A stretch of 24,303 bases of DNA from Caulobacterales bacterium. Lineage in GTDB: Bacteria > Pseudomonadota > Alphaproteobacteria > Caulobacterales > Aquidulcibacteraceae. A program made the translations under genes and the position numbers. The stretch is taken from assembly GCA_044356795.1 (NCBI GenBank), contig JBIKVO010000001.1, positions 1-24,303 of the forward strand. Reading direction: 5' to 3'. Shown in pieces: positions 24,242 through 24,303 of the stretch; the stretch's first letter is position 1; the number at the start of each line of letters is the position of its first letter. A model generated the notes under the pieces. The model saw only the letters and a list, made by a program, of their open reading frames with translations. It was not told the origin of the DNA and did not search any database.

Positions 24242-24303
24242 CTGATCGGCTTGGCCTGATCGGCTTGGCCTGATCGGCTTGGCCTGTTCGGCTTGACCTG
24301 TTC
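24242..24303. repeat. 14-bp tandem repeat (at least 4.4 units, truncated by the window end)
   Basis: CTGATCGGCTTGGC x3 (24242, 24256, 24270), then CTGTTCGGCTTGAC (24284) and CTGTTC (24298). Confidence 0.95.

Noticed and set aside
24242-24303. Tandem array as a CRISPR array or type III toxin-antitoxin antitoxin repeats
   Set aside because: There are no spacers, the 14-bp unit is too short for either, and no cas or toxin gene is adjacent within the window. The Cas2-like VapD relic is 20 kb away and not CRISPR-linked.

Overview
GC-rich alphaproteobacterial chromosome segment; gene content and order suggest a Caulobacterales/Hyphomonadaceae-like organism (inference). The core is the chromosome-partitioning locus (DUF6489-mnmE-parS-mnmG-DUF3088-hypothetical-rsmG-parA-parB). 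It is flanked on the left by a thiolase and sdhCDA (no sdhB in the window), and on the right by housekeeping and envelope genes: dienelactone hydrolase, GDPD, quinone oxidoreductase, EEP, GST, L,D-transpeptidase, CenR-like regulator, lipocalin, RhuM, thpR, secB, Tim44, Smr. Features the ORF track does not show: two parS sites, the first inside a cluster of four GANTC (CcrM) sites; a degenerate parS inside rsmG; gene relics (VapD, two Uma2-like fragments, AraC, frameshifted DUF3088); four palindromic intergenic repeats; and a ParB with a ~93-aa proline-rich linker. The last 300 bp hold a sigma70-like promoter, an unexplained multi-helix sequence (candidate structured RNA), two overlapping small ORFs and a 14-bp tandem array cut by the window edge. 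No CRISPR array, tRNA, rRNA or transposase was seen. No complete novel system can be proven from this window alone. All family calls come from motif recognition by eye, not database searches.
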